64,000 nt of DNA from Candidatus Dojkabacteria bacterium. Lineage in GTDB: Bacteria; Patescibacteriota; Dojkabacteria; SC72. The notes beneath the pieces were generated by a model. It ran no database searches and was not told the origin of the DNA. It was given only the letters and a program-made list of their open reading frames with translations. Position numbers and translations under genes: made by a program. The stretch lies in contig JBMNHB010000001.1 of NCBI GenBank assembly GCA_050950145.1, positions 364,820 through 428,819 on the forward strand. The letters are read 5' to 3'. Below are positions 27,992-38,357 of this stretch, in pieces (the first letter of the stretch is position 1; each line of letters begins with the position of its first letter).

Positions 27992-29692
27992 ATGTATTTA
28001 GATAGAATCATTATAAAATTTGGAGGAGAGTCTGGGCAGGGTATAAATACCGTTGGTAGAATGTTAACCCAATCAATAAACAGATTAGGACTATACACTT
28101 TCTCATCTAGAGAATACCCATCACTGATTAAAGGTGGAGTAGCATCATATCAAGTAGATGTATCAAACAAAGAGATATTTACATCGGCAAAAAAATACCA
28201 TGTATTATGTTGCATGTCAGAAAAATCACTCCACTCATACCTATCAGGTGTGCTTGAAAATGGAGTTGTAATATATGACGGGGAGGAACTAGAGTTTAAT
28301 CCTGATGAAGAAATAGAACTCCAAAAGAAGAATATCCATATAATCTACTTAAACTCTGAAAAAATTGCATTAGAAAATGGTGGTACTAAAATAATGGCAA
28401 ATGCAGTACTTCTCGGCTTTATCTGGAAGATTTTAAAGCAAAATCCAGAGATATTAGTAGAAGAAGTACTGGAAATGCTTTCTGATAAAAAAATAGATGA
28501 AGAAGCAGAAAAGAAATGTCTTTTAGCAGGATATAACAACCCTCAATACAGAGACGAGTTAAGTGAATCAGTGGACTTACCAAAACCCTTACAAATAAGT
28601 AGGAAATTATTACTTACTGGTAATGAAGCTATCTCTTTAGGTGCTCTAGCAGCTGGTATGAGGGTATTTTACGGATACCCAATGACTCCAGCTACTTCAA
28701 TTTCAAAATTCCTAGGAGATACAGCACATGAGACAAAAATCGTATTTAAACAAGCAGAAAATGAAATTACAGCAGCACTAATGGTAATGGGAAGTATGTA
28801 TATGGGAACCAGAGCAATGACAGCAACTTCAGGAGGTGGTTTTGACCTAATGATGGAGACAATATCATGTTGTGGTATTAGCGAAACACCCTTCGTGGTT
28901 GTTTTAGCTCAAAGAATAGGAGCGGGTACAGGTGTACCTACATGGACAGGAACAGGAGATATTAATACTGCAGTAAAAGGAGGACACGGTGATTTTCCAA
29001 GATGTGTAATATCAGTAAGTGATGCACAGTCTAACTTTGCATTAATTCAAAGAGCTTTTAACATTGCCGATACATACCAACTACCAGTCGTTGTTCTTTC
29101 AGAAAAACAAATTGCAGAGGCGATATATTCAATTGATAAACTTCCAGGAGTAGAAAAAATTGAAAGAGGACTACAACAAGGAGAGCAAAGATATGAAATA
29201 ACTGATTCTGGAATATCACCAAGATGGATACCACAAAAAGGTCTAAAACCATACCTACATACAAGTGATGAACACACAGAAGATGGACAATCTACTGAAA
29301 ATGCAGAAGAAATTAAAGCAATGTCGGAAAAGAGAGAAAGAAAACTAGAGATGCTTAAATCCGAGTTACCAGAACCTACACTTTACGGCTCTTCCTCAGC
29401 TCAAGTAGTATTTGTTGGATATGGCAGTAGTAAGAATGCTCTTTTAGATGCAATACAACAGAGGGATGATATTGCATACTTACATTACGACTATATTTTT
29501 CCATTAAAAACAGATAATTTAATGAGATTAACAGAAGAAGGAAAAAGATTAATACTAATTGAAAATAATCAAGGCGGGCAGTTTGGGAAATTAATAACAG
29601 AAAACTGTTCGTATCAATTCAAAGAGAAACTATTAAAATATGATGGTAGATCCTTCAGTTTAGAAGATATCTTAGATTATTTAGATAACTAA
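27992..29692 (+). CDS. 2-oxoacid:ferredoxin oxidoreductase alpha subunit (fused gamma-alpha)
   Basis: N-terminal gamma-like domain (KFGGESGQGIN), then alpha-subunit blocks (GYPMTPATSI). Confidence 0.85.
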   Translation: MYLDRIIIKFGGESGQGINTVGRMLTQSINRLGLYTFSSREYPSLIKGGVASYQVDVSNKEIFTSAKKYHVLCCMSEKSLHSYLSGVLENGVVIYDGEELEFNPDEEIELQKKNIHIIYLNSEKIALENGGTKIMANAVLLGFIWKILKQNPEILVEEVLEMLSDKKIDEEAEKKCLLAGYNNPQYRDELSESVDLPKPLQISRKLLLTGNEAISLGALAAGMRVFYGYPMTPATSISKFLGDTAHETKIVFKQAENEITAALMVMGSMYMGTRAMTATSGGGFDLMMETISCCGISETPFVVVLAQRIGAGTGVPTWTGTGDINTAVKGGHGDFPRCVISVSDAQSNFALIQRAFNIADTYQLPVVVLSEKQIAEAIYSIDKLPGVEKIERGLQQGEQRYEITDSGISPRWIPQKGLKPYLHTSDEHTEDGQSTENAEEIKAMSEKRERKLEMLKSELPEPTLYGSSSAQVVFVGYGSSKNALLDAIQQRDDIAYLHYDYIFPLKTDNLMRLTEEGKRLILIENNQGGQFGKLITENCSYQFKEKLLKYDGRSFSLEDILDYLDN

Positions 29693-30567
29693 TGGCACTA
29701 GAGATTAAAGACTACAACTCAACTCATCAACCGACATGGTGCCCTGGATGTGGTAACTTTGGAGTACATATGGCTCTTAAAAAAGCTTTAATAGAACTCA
29801 ATATATCTCCATCAGAAACATTTATCACTTTTGATATTGGTTGTAATGGAAATGGTGCAGACACAGTAGGAACATATGCATTTAAAACACTACACGGAAG
29901 ATCAATTCCGGTTGCAATAGGAGCACATCTTGCAAATAGAAAATTTACAACAATTGCAACTATTGGAGATGGAGGTTGTTTCCACGAAGGATTAGATCAT
30001 ATTGTAAACGCAATTAAATCAAATTATGACATAACAATACTTATTCACAATAATCAAAACTTTGCACTTACAACAGGACAAGCAACAGTAACAACACCAC
30101 AAGGTAAGAAAATGTATGGACTACCTGAAGGAAAACCCGAAAGAGATATTGATACAAACGCGTTTCTAATGAGTCTTAAACCAACATTTTTTGCAAAAGG
30201 ATACTCAGGAGATTTAATACAACTCACTGACATTATAAAAAAAGCAATAGAACACAAAGGGTGTAGTGTTGTGGATATATCTCAACTCTGTCCAACATAC
30301 AACAGAGAGTGTACTCCAGAATGGTTCAACGAAAACATTATCAAACTAGATACCTTAGAGAAATACTCATCTAGTTCGATTGAGGATGCTAAAAATATAG
30401 TAGAAGAAATGTCAAAGACAAAAAAGATATATACTGGTATAATCTATACTGATGATAGTATTCCTACTTTTTACGATAGATTAGAAAGTAGAAAAGGAAT
30501 ACTTTCAGAACTATCAGAAGAAGTTAAAGAATACAATATTAAAGAATTATTAAAATACTGTAACTAA
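29692..30567 (+). CDS. 2-oxoacid:ferredoxin oxidoreductase beta subunit (TPP-binding)
   Basis: CPGCGNFG and the GDGG TPP motif. The start overlaps the alpha stop (ATGA). Confidence 0.85.
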   Translation: MALEIKDYNSTHQPTWCPGCGNFGVHMALKKALIELNISPSETFITFDIGCNGNGADTVGTYAFKTLHGRSIPVAIGAHLANRKFTTIATIGDGGCFHEGLDHIVNAIKSNYDITILIHNNQNFALTTGQATVTTPQGKKMYGLPEGKPERDIDTNAFLMSLKPTFFAKGYSGDLIQLTDIIKKAIEHKGCSVVDISQLCPTYNRECTPEWFNENIIKLDTLEKYSSSSIEDAKNIVEEMSKTKKIYTGIIYTDDSIPTFYDRLESRKGILSELSEEVKEYNIKELLKYCN

Positions 30568-32675
30568 TGGAAACAATACTTTCACCCAAATCAATTGCAA
30601 TTGTTGGAGTATCAAATGATGCTCAAAAAGTAGGTTCTGTACTACTTAGAAACCTACTAGAGGGAGGATACAACGGAAAAGTATATCCAATTAACCCTAA
30701 GTATCAAGAATTGCAGGGTAGACAAGCATATCCTAATATTCTTGCTGTAGAAGAAGAAATTGATTTAGTATGTATAGCACTACCGTATCAATTTGTAGAA
30801 GAGATAGTAGATCAATGTGTAGAGAAGAAAGTTAAAACAGTATTGATTGTAACTGCAGGATTTAGTGAAACAGGAGATGAAGGAAGAGAGTTAGAAGAAA
30901 GGATAACAAACAAATTACGAGGAGCAAAAATTAGATTAATTGGACCAAACTGTCTTGGCTTTATAAATAACAAAGCAAAAATTAACCTTACATTTGCTAG
31001 AAACAATCCAGGAGATGGAGATATCGCCTTCATATCTCAATCAGGAGCGTTCTGTACTGCAATACTAGATATGGCAGCTGAAAGTAAATCAGGATTCTCA
31101 CATGTAATCTCAGTTGGAAATAAGGCAGATATTAATGAAAATGAGCTTCTTCCATACTTCATTAATAACCCACAAATTAAAGCAATTGCAATATACCTAG
31201 AAGAATTTTCAGATGGTAAGGAGTTTGTATCAATTGCTCAGAAATCTAAAAAACCAATACTACTAATTGCACCAGGAAGTTCAGAAAAATCAAAGCAAGC
31301 AATATCTTCACATACCGGTTCTCTTGCATCTTCATATGACACAGTACTAGCAGCAGTCAAAAAAGCAAATATCATATTAGCAGAAAACTCAGAAGAACTA
31401 TACAAACTGATTGAATTGGTAGATATGGGATACATACCTAAAGGAAAAAGAGTAGCAATTGTATCTAATGCAGGAGGTCCAGGTATTACAGCTGTTGATA
31501 GAGCTGAAATTGAAGAACTAGAGATTGTTGATCTAGGAGAGAAGACAACACAGAAACTTAAACAAGAATTACCAATAGAAGCATCATTTAACAACCCAAT
31601 TGATATTCTCGGAGATGGCAAAAGTGATAGATATGCATATGCAATTGAAACGGTTCTAGAAGATATTAATGTAGATTCAGTTGTAGTACTACTAACCCCA
31701 CAACTAATGACTGAAATTGAAGGTACTGCAAATACTATTGTAGAGATTGTTAGGAAAACGTCTAAACCTATCTATGCATGTTTCCTTGGTGGAAAAGAAG
31801 TAAAAAATGGTTTTAGGATACTAACTGAGAATAACTTACCATGGTTTAATGATGTACAAGAAGCTATGCACTTAATTGCAAAACTAGCAGATTTTGAAAT
31901 GAAGAAGGATCTAAACAAAATAGTAGATAGTAATAAATACCTTAGAAAGACTAGAAATAAAAAAGAGGTTCTGGAGTATGTTGATCAAGAAGGTAGTGTA
32001 AAAGTTCTCCCTGATGATTTAGCTATTACAATTTTAGAAGAATTTGGTATTGATATACCAAAACAATTAGTTTCTAGTAGCTTAGAAGAAGCACGAGATT
32101 TTGCATCAACTATATTTCCAGTAGCAATCAAGGCCACAGCACAGGATTTAGCACACAAAACAGATCATAAAGGTCTTTATCTTGATATTAGGACAATAGC
32201 AGAATTTGAAGAGAAATTTACAGAACTAAAAGAGACCATTACAAAGGTAACTGGTAATCCTGCTCCTGCAATACTGGTACAAGAGATGATTGATTCAAAA
32301 CTGGAAATTTTCATCGGTACGAATAGAGAAGGAGACTCACATATCTATGAGAAAGACGGTCTTGGCTTTGGACATCTATTAGCTGTAGGAAAGGGTGGAG
32401 TATATACAGAAGTTTACAAAGATATTAAACATATATTAATCCCAGAGACAAGAGAGAAAGCAGATGCAATTCTTTCTGAAACACAAGTCTCTACAATTAT
32501 AGATGGATACAGAGGAAAACCTCCTTTAGCAAGAGAGAAACTACTAGACTTAATAATGAAGATTCAGAGTATGTTAATAACATATCCAGAAATAGTTTCA
32601 ATGGATATTAATCCTGTTATGCTTAATGAAGACAGAGCTGTTGTAGTAGATATTAAACTATATGTTAAGAAGTAA
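30567..32675 (+). CDS. ADP-forming acetyl-CoA synthetase (fused alpha-beta NDP-forming acyl-CoA synthetase)
   Basis: N-terminal CoA-binding domain (SIAIVGVS..KVGSVLLRNL..GGYNGKVYPINPKY), succinyl-CoA-synthetase-like ligase domain and C-terminal ATP-grasp domain. The start overlaps the upstream stop. Confidence 0.85.
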   Translation: METILSPKSIAIVGVSNDAQKVGSVLLRNLLEGGYNGKVYPINPKYQELQGRQAYPNILAVEEEIDLVCIALPYQFVEEIVDQCVEKKVKTVLIVTAGFSETGDEGRELEERITNKLRGAKIRLIGPNCLGFINNKAKINLTFARNNPGDGDIAFISQSGAFCTAILDMAAESKSGFSHVISVGNKADINENELLPYFINNPQIKAIAIYLEEFSDGKEFVSIAQKSKKPILLIAPGSSEKSKQAISSHTGSLASSYDTVLAAVKKANIILAENSEELYKLIELVDMGYIPKGKRVAIVSNAGGPGITAVDRAEIEELEIVDLGEKTTQKLKQELPIEASFNNPIDILGDGKSDRYAYAIETVLEDINVDSVVVLLTPQLMTEIEGTANTIVEIVRKTSKPIYACFLGGKEVKNGFRILTENNLPWFNDVQEAMHLIAKLADFEMKKDLNKIVDSNKYLRKTRNKKEVLEYVDQEGSVKVLPDDLAITILEEFGIDIPKQLVSSSLEEARDFASTIFPVAIKATAQDLAHKTDHKGLYLDIRTIAEFEEKFTELKETITKVTGNPAPAILVQEMIDSKLEIFIGTNREGDSHIYEKDGLGFGHLLAVGKGGVYTEVYKDIKHILIPETREKADAILSETQVSTIIDGYRGKPPLAREKLLDLIMKIQSMLITYPEIVSMDINPVMLNEDRAVVVDIKLYVKK

Positions 32676-32780
32676 TTCTACGGAATCAATCCTATAGCCT
32701 TGTTCAAATTCTTTTTTATTGTTATAATATCTTGTCGCATTTTAACAATCTATTGGTGAAGTCCAAAAAGGAGAAAAAAC

Positions 32781-33308
32781 ATGAAAGAAGGAATGTTTCT
32801 AACGTTGTTTCAACTGTTTTATAGAGTGGAATACACCTATTATTCCACTAATCCTATAAAAAAAGGGAAACGTAATTTTGTACCTGTACACGATTTGGTA
32901 CAAAATATGTACTATTTCCTAAAAATATTCCTTTCTACCTTTCCAAATTACAGCTTTTTATGGAATTGGTCGCCATACTCTTATTCTCTATTTCAGCATT
33001 TACAGTCTCTTGATGAAAAAATAAAAAATGGTGCTGACATAGACAATGTTAATTTACCTGAGAAATATGTAAAAGATGTTATTCAGGTACGAAAAAACTT
33101 ACAAGTTCTGAGTCATGGGCTTGACGTTAGCACAGTAGAGTGGATGGAAATAGTCTCTTGCTTAGACTATATAAAAAGGTTTGAATTACCTTTGTCTAAG
33201 TTGGACAAAGTTCAAGTTGAATTACTTCAAAGAAAACCTTACTTTCATCATGAACACGTATCAAAAGCATGGCGTGTTTTAGAAGAATGTAAGGAGATTT
33301 ACCGATAA
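32781..33308 (+). CDS. Hypothetical 175-aa protein
   Basis: Strong SD (AAAAGGAGAAAAAACATG) and a downstream hairpin/T-run. Confidence 0.4.
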   Translation: MKEGMFLTLFQLFYRVEYTYYSTNPIKKGKRNFVPVHDLVQNMYYFLKIFLSTFPNYSFLWNWSPYSYSLFQHLQSLDEKIKNGADIDNVNLPEKYVKDVIQVRKNLQVLSHGLDVSTVEWMEIVSCLDYIKRFELPLSKLDKVQVELLQRKPYFHHEHVSKAWRVLEECKEIYR

Positions 33309-33328
33309 ATTCAATTAAAATACGATAT

Positions 33329-33395
33329 GCCTGAGGAGGTTATTATGATTGGTTAATTACCATCACTAACCTAATTAATCTCAGGCTTTTTCTTT
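33329..33395 (+). terminator. Terminator-like extended hairpin with T-run
   Basis: GCCTGAG ... CTCAGGC (33329..33386) followed by TTTTT. An inner GGTTA..TAACC stem lies within the loop. Confidence 0.45.
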
Positions 33396-33411
33396 ATCTG
33401 GAATATAAATA

Positions 33412-33849
33412 TTAATATAGTTCTCTGTCTAATGAAACATACTCCTTATACAATTCCCTACACTCCTTAGAATCAACCTGTACTTCCTCATATTTATCAT
33501 TATTTCCTCCCTCTTCATCAAAACCTATGCTTTTTGCATCATTGTAATCACAAACATAATACACCTTATCTATCTTTGCCCATTGGATAGCACTCTTACA
33601 CATAGGACAAGGTTTACCTGTTGTATACAATTCACAATCAGTAAGATCAAAACTATCTAAAACCCTAGATGCTTTTCTGATAGCATTAATCTCTGCATGA
33701 CAAGTAGGATCATCATCCTTTAATACTGTATTATGTGCTTTTGCAATAACTTTACCATCTTTTACAATTACAGCACCAAAAGGTCCTCCATGATTCTCTT
33801 TTACTCCCAATTTAGCCTCTTCAACTGCTAATTTCATAAAATCTTCCAT
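33412..33849 (-). CDS. CMP/dCMP-type zinc deaminase (dCMP deaminase or TadA-like)
   Basis: HAEINAI and PCPMC zinc-binding motifs. Confidence 0.8.
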   Translation of the reverse strand: MEDFMKLAVEEAKLGVKENHGGPFGAVIVKDGKVIAKAHNTVLKDDDPTCHAEINAIRKASRVLDSFDLTDCELYTTGKPCPMCKSAIQWAKIDKVYYVCDYNDAKSIGFDEEGGNNDKYEEVQVDSKECRELYKEYVSLDRELY

Positions 33850-34706
33850 TAGAATTTTCTCTCAAAATTTACATCTTCAACATGAGCTTTAAGACCTGTT
33901 CTACCTAAATCCTTCTCATATCTTCTTGCATAATCTCGATATTTGAAAACCTTCTTCCTTCTTTCTGGAATAGATTTTTTACTAATCATACCTGGTCCAT
34001 TAATACACCCTCCATCACAATTAAGAATATCAAAGAATTTATAATGCTTGTATACACCATCCTTAAAATTATCAAAAACTGGTATTAAATTGTTTAACCC
34101 TTCCATAACTAAGATTTCCTTTTTCTTAAGAATATGAGCATGATTTAGAGTATCAGAAAGTCCTCCTGAAACAGGATAGATCTTAGTGTAATCATTGTAG
34201 AATTTATCAAAACCTATTGAATATTGACCTTCTGTAATGACCTCAGGAACCTTATTTTTAACAAAGAGGTCCTCTACCTCCTTGAAAGTTAATACAAAAT
34301 CAATCGTTTTTATCTCAGTTGCCTCCATTTTCTTTGTCATACATGGTCCAATGAATACACTCTTATGTTCTGGATATTTCTTTTTTACAATCAGACCCAT
34401 GCAACCCATTGGGGAATGAGCTGGAACTAGATTTTCAATAAGATGGGGATATTTAACTCTAATAAAGTTAACAATCGTAGGACATGGACTAGCAATCCAG
34501 GTTTTCTTCTCACCTTTCTCAATACTCTCTTTCAAAATACTGTAGTAGGTTAGGTTAGTCATCTTAGCACCAAATGTTACCTCTACAACCTTATCAAAAC
34601 CTAATTTTCTTAATCTATACACAACATCAGGATATTCAAACTCTGTAACAAAAGACGGTGCCAAAAGACAGATATATTTTTCATTTGGTTTAAATTCAAA
34701 TGGCAT
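33849..34706 (-). CDS. Minimal [FeFe]-hydrogenase-like protein (H-cluster-binding Fe_hyd_lg_C-type domain only)
   Basis: Three H-cluster signature blocks in order: L1-like IASPCP (versus TSCCP), L2 FIGPCMTKKMEA (versus MPCxxKxxE), L3 LNCDGGCINGPG (versus CxxGCxxGGG). There are no N-terminal ferredoxin-like domains. Confidence 0.6.
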   Translation of the reverse strand: MPFEFKPNEKYICLLAPSFVTEFEYPDVVYRLRKLGFDKVVEVTFGAKMTNLTYYSILKESIEKGEKKTWIASPCPTIVNFIRVKYPHLIENLVPAHSPMGCMGLIVKKKYPEHKSVFIGPCMTKKMEATEIKTIDFVLTFKEVEDLFVKNKVPEVITEGQYSIGFDKFYNDYTKIYPVSGGLSDTLNHAHILKKKEILVMEGLNNLIPVFDNFKDGVYKHYKFFDILNCDGGCINGPGMISKKSIPERRKKVFKYRDYARRYEKDLGRTGLKAHVEDVNFERKF

Positions 34707-34754
34707 ATTTATAATATATCATAAGGAAGTAGTTGATGATAGTAAAGGGCAAAT

Positions 34755-35123
34755 CTATTCTAACCCCGTTATCTTTCTAAATACCTCATCTTTAGTCTTC
34801 TCACCATATCCAGTAGGGGAGAGTAGGTCTGTTCTTTTAACATTTTCTTCCTTCCCCCTTACTTTTTTACTAACAATGAAATATGTTTTTTCTTGAGGAG
34901 GAGGTAACTCTGAGTTACCTGAGTAAAAAAATTGGTAATCTGTAACTTTAGGTCCTTGTCCTTCAAGTATAAGGTTTTCTTTTTCATCAACTAAGTTATA
35001 GATTGTATTTCCGTTTTTTAATTGTAATCCAATATACTCCTTTTCTAAAAAGTTGGTTTTTACTAACTCTCCAACTATTATTGTATTTGAGTCACTGTTA
35101 TCTAAAAACTCTAGTAGATCCAT
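34755..35123 (-). CDS. Hypothetical 122-aa protein
   Basis: ORF with plausible composition. No recognisable motifs. Confidence 0.4.
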   Translation of the reverse strand: MDLLEFLDNSDSNTIIVGELVKTNFLEKEYIGLQLKNGNTIYNLVDEKENLILEGQGPKVTDYQFFYSGNSELPPPQEKTYFIVSKKVRGKEENVKRTDLLSPTGYGEKTKDEVFRKITGLE

Positions 35124-35191
35124 TCTTACTTTTAAATTATCTAATTTATATCATTCTTATTTTAACATATATATAGTATAATGTAGTGTAT

Positions 35192-35269
35192 GGTGGATGT
35201 AGCTCAACTGGTTAGAGCACTGGTTTGTGGCACCAGGGGTTGTGGGTTCAAATCCCATCTTCCACCCCA
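35192..35269 (+). tRNA. tRNA-His (anticodon GUG) with genome-encoded G-1 and CCA
   Basis: Extra 5' G (G-1) before acceptor GTGGATG, opposite discriminator C. D-stem GCTC/GAGC; anticodon stem CTGGT/ACCAG; loop TTGTGGC; T-arm GTGGG-TTCAAAT-CCCAT; 3' CCA at 35267..35269. Confidence 0.85.
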
Positions 35270-35346
35270 TAGTAAATCTCTGTGTTTTTTGGTATAATAA
35301 AATGTTTGTAAAACAATCCTAGTTCTTTACAAAAAGGAGTGAAAAG

Positions 35347-35643
35347 ATGATTAAGTTAACAGAAGACCAGATTAAGAAGGCTATTGGGAAAACTTGGCAA
35401 GGCACATCGGATTACATGCTTGAGAAGTTTTTCCCAAGGATAGTAGATATTGTTGGACAAGAACTTTTACCAGAAGGTTTAGTATTGGGAACATCACTTG
35501 CAGTTGAAGATGTTTTTACCGATGGATATCCGCCTATGGCAAAACAACTTGTCTATATGGCTATCCCAAATTTTTTCAAGAACCTTGAGCTTGGTAAAGA
35601 TGGAGACGAAGCAATCGCTTTTTTTAACGAAGCGATTGGCTAG
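35347..35643 (+). CDS. Hypothetical 98-aa protein
   Basis: SD AAAGGAG upstream and an intrinsic terminator downstream. Confidence 0.4.
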   Translation: MIKLTEDQIKKAIGKTWQGTSDYMLEKFFPRIVDIVGQELLPEGLVLGTSLAVEDVFTDGYPPMAKQLVYMAIPNFFKNLELGKDGDEAIAFFNEAIG

Positions 35644-35656
35644 CAGAACTAGGAAG

Positions 35657-35725
35657 AAAGCACCGTTGATGGTAAAACAGTATCTACTCACTTGAGTGAT
35701 AGTTGAACCGTAGGTGCTTTTTTCT
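35657..35725 (+). terminator. Intrinsic terminator
   Basis: AAAGCACCG ... GGTGCTTTTTT with an internal TCACTTGAGTGA palindrome, followed by a T-run. Confidence 0.5.
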
Positions 35726-35909
35726 TGTTAATGGATTCGTTTAATATAAACTGATTGAGAATATTCTCTAGATTAAAAATCTCTGATAATTCTAAGCTTA
35801 TAATTATACCCATTAACCGACCCCAGTTTTTATCAACATCTTCCCACTTTTTTTAAAAAATATTATTATATTATAGAAGCAAAATATATTATGAAAATAT
35901 CTTTAAAAT

Positions 35910-36835
35910 ATGAAGCAAAAAAATAATAGTGTTATAGGAATTCTGTTATTATTACTCGCTGCCTTATTTTATGGAATGTATGGGATATTCTACAGAAAGG
36001 TTGGTTCTTTTGGGGTATTTACTCAAGGATACTTAAGAAGCATTATAATCATCTTCTTTACAGTAATAATATTTTTAATAAATACACAGAAATGGAAAAA
36101 ATATGAAAACAAAGATTGGAAGTAGTTTGTATTATGGATTCTCCCCTCAAGTGTGCAACCCATAATAGGATTTATTACATTTAATAATCTACCTATCAGT
36201 ATTGTTTATTACCTTATTTACACGGGTATGATAACTGGTGGTCTTTCTTCCAGTTTAATTTTTTTAGGGAGAAATTAACTCTCTCAAAGGTTATTTCTAT
36301 TCTGCTACTCCTAATAGGCATTACAATTATTTATTATCAGGATATCTCCTTTATATCAAACATCTATGTAGCCTTAGCATTAATCTCAGGGCTAATTACT
36401 GGTTTTTGGAATACCCTCACTAAAAAACTATCAGGTGACTACTCTGAGGAGCAGATGATTTTTTCGGATAACATACCTACATTCATTATTTGTTTAGTAT
36501 TAGCTTTAATATTCAAAGAAAATGTTCCAAATATTTCAAGTCTTAACTCATACATTTGGATCATAATATTTTCAATTACTTCATTACTAACAAGTATTTT
36601 ATTGGTAAAAGGGTTTAGCAAAGTTGAAGCATCCATAGGAAGCCTAATACTTCCTATGGAGATAGTCTTTGCATCTATCATAGGTTTTATATTTTTGAAT
36701 GAACGCTTATCAATTAATATCTATATTGGAGGAGCACTAATATTTCTTGCTACTATTCTGCCATATGTAAATATGATTATTTTAGAGAGAAAAAGAAAAG
36801 AGAAAATCTGTAACTCTAATATACACTCTTTATAA
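35910..36835 (+). pseudogene. EamA/DMT-family transporter gene disrupted by frameshifts
   Basis: EamA-like TM segments run across three frames (35910..36125; about 36130..36290 in another frame, ending LIFLGRN*; 36455..36835). The breaks lie near homopolymer runs. Confidence 0.55.
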
Positions 36836-37179
36836 ACTAATTGGGTAAAAATCTACTCATTTGAAGTCCCCATTCTAGTAATTCCTTCTTTTTGAAGTTC
36901 TATATATCTTGGTGTAGAACGAATACGAAGACTAGTTTCCATATAATATTTTGCATAGAAAGGAAATGACATAATTGCATTAATTCTATTATTATAATAC
37001 CTTGCAACAATTTTCTCTGAAAGAAAAGTTTTATTAAGATACTCATCCATTAAAGGATATTGTAATATTTGAATTAACTTCTGCAGTTATATTCTCAAAG
37101 TGATTATCAAGTTTTACATCTCTCCAAACCTATAGTATATCACACTACATTCAATAACAATCTACAACAACATTGGATA

Positions 37180-38112
37180 CTATTTTATAATCATAGAACT
37201 CTCATAAAACAAAGGTAAGAATATATAATCTCTTTCTTTAAGTTCCTCAATAACTGAAGGTAATGCAGATAATGAAGCTCTACTAAAATCATGCATTAAT
37301 ATAACAATTATATTTTTATTTTTTGACCCATTAATTATGTTGTTATATGCCGATTCCTTTGTACGAATCTTCCCAGCATCACCTGATGATACATTCCAAT
37401 CTACATACCCATAATTATATTTTCTTAAACTCTTTAATATTTCATGTCTATAAGGGGGTAGCGCAGAACTACTACCACCCGGGAATCTTAAAATATTTGT
37501 TTTTACTCCAAGTTTTTTATATAAAAATTTCTCTTGTTTTAAAACATCATTAATAAAAGAATCAACACTAACATAAAGACCACTATATATTGCATGTGAA
37601 TAGGTGTGGTTAGCTATAGTATGACCACTATCATAAATTCTTTTATATGCCGCATCATACTGACTACTAGGTTTTCCTAATAGAAAGAAGGTTGCTAAAA
37701 CATCATACTTATCAAGTACATCTAAGAAAGCAGGTGTATAGTTGTATGGACCATCATCTAATGTTAGATAAGCTATCTTCTTACTGCCTTTTCCTTGAGA
37801 TACCATTGTTTCGTACTTTTTAGCATTCTCAAAAAATTCTTTCTTAATGTTTTCAGTTGAGTTCTCTACATTTTTTATATCCTCTATATTCTCTGAAAGA
37901 AGTTTTATCTCTTCTAATTTATCAGAATATTCCTTTTCTTGTTGAGATAATATATTCTCAGAATTATATATTTCAGAATATTTTTGTTTTCTTAATTCAA
38001 TTAACTTTACTATTATCCCAAGATTAATTAATAGTACAATTAATAGAAATACTGAAAGACCATATACTATTATTTTATTAAATCCTTTAGGATTTGATTT
38101 TGTCTTAACCAT
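37180..38112 (-). CDS. Polysaccharide deacetylase (CE4/NodB) with N-terminal TM and coiled-coil
   Basis: NodB motifs TLDDGP, HTYSH and LMHD. Confidence 0.8.
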   Translation of the reverse strand: MVKTKSNPKGFNKIIVYGLSVFLLIVLLINLGIIVKLIELRKQKYSEIYNSENILSQQEKEYSDKLEEIKLLSENIEDIKNVENSTENIKKEFFENAKKYETMVSQGKGSKKIAYLTLDDGPYNYTPAFLDVLDKYDVLATFFLLGKPSSQYDAAYKRIYDSGHTIANHTYSHAIYSGLYVSVDSFINDVLKQEKFLYKKLGVKTNILRFPGGSSSALPPYRHEILKSLRKYNYGYVDWNVSSGDAGKIRTKESAYNNIINGSKNKNIIVILMHDFSRASLSALPSVIEELKERDYIFLPLFYESSMIIK

Positions 38113-38357
38113 TTTTGATATTGATCTATTTGAAATTTCTTTTCATTACTAATTGTTTCTTCTTCTGACTTCAGTTTTACTATGTCATCTGAAATATCAC
38201 TTAATTTATTAGAAGATTTATTTACCTCATCTTGTAAAGCAATATACCTATTATTAACCTCAGAATAACGGGTATATTCAAAGTACAGGAGAGCAAAACT
38301 TATAACCAGAGAGATGAAGAAAATAAAAAGATATATAACTGTTTTTTTCATAAACAC
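38070..38357 (-). CDS. Small TM plus coiled-coil protein (FtsB/DivIC-like topology)
   Basis: N-terminal TM helix, then a heptad-rich region. Overlaps the downstream gene by 43 nt. Confidence 0.35.
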   Translation of the reverse strand: MFMKKTVIYLFIFFISLVISFALLYFEYTRYSEVNNRYIALQDEVNKSSNKLSDISDDIVKLKSEEETISNEKKFQIDQYQKWLRQNQILKDLIK

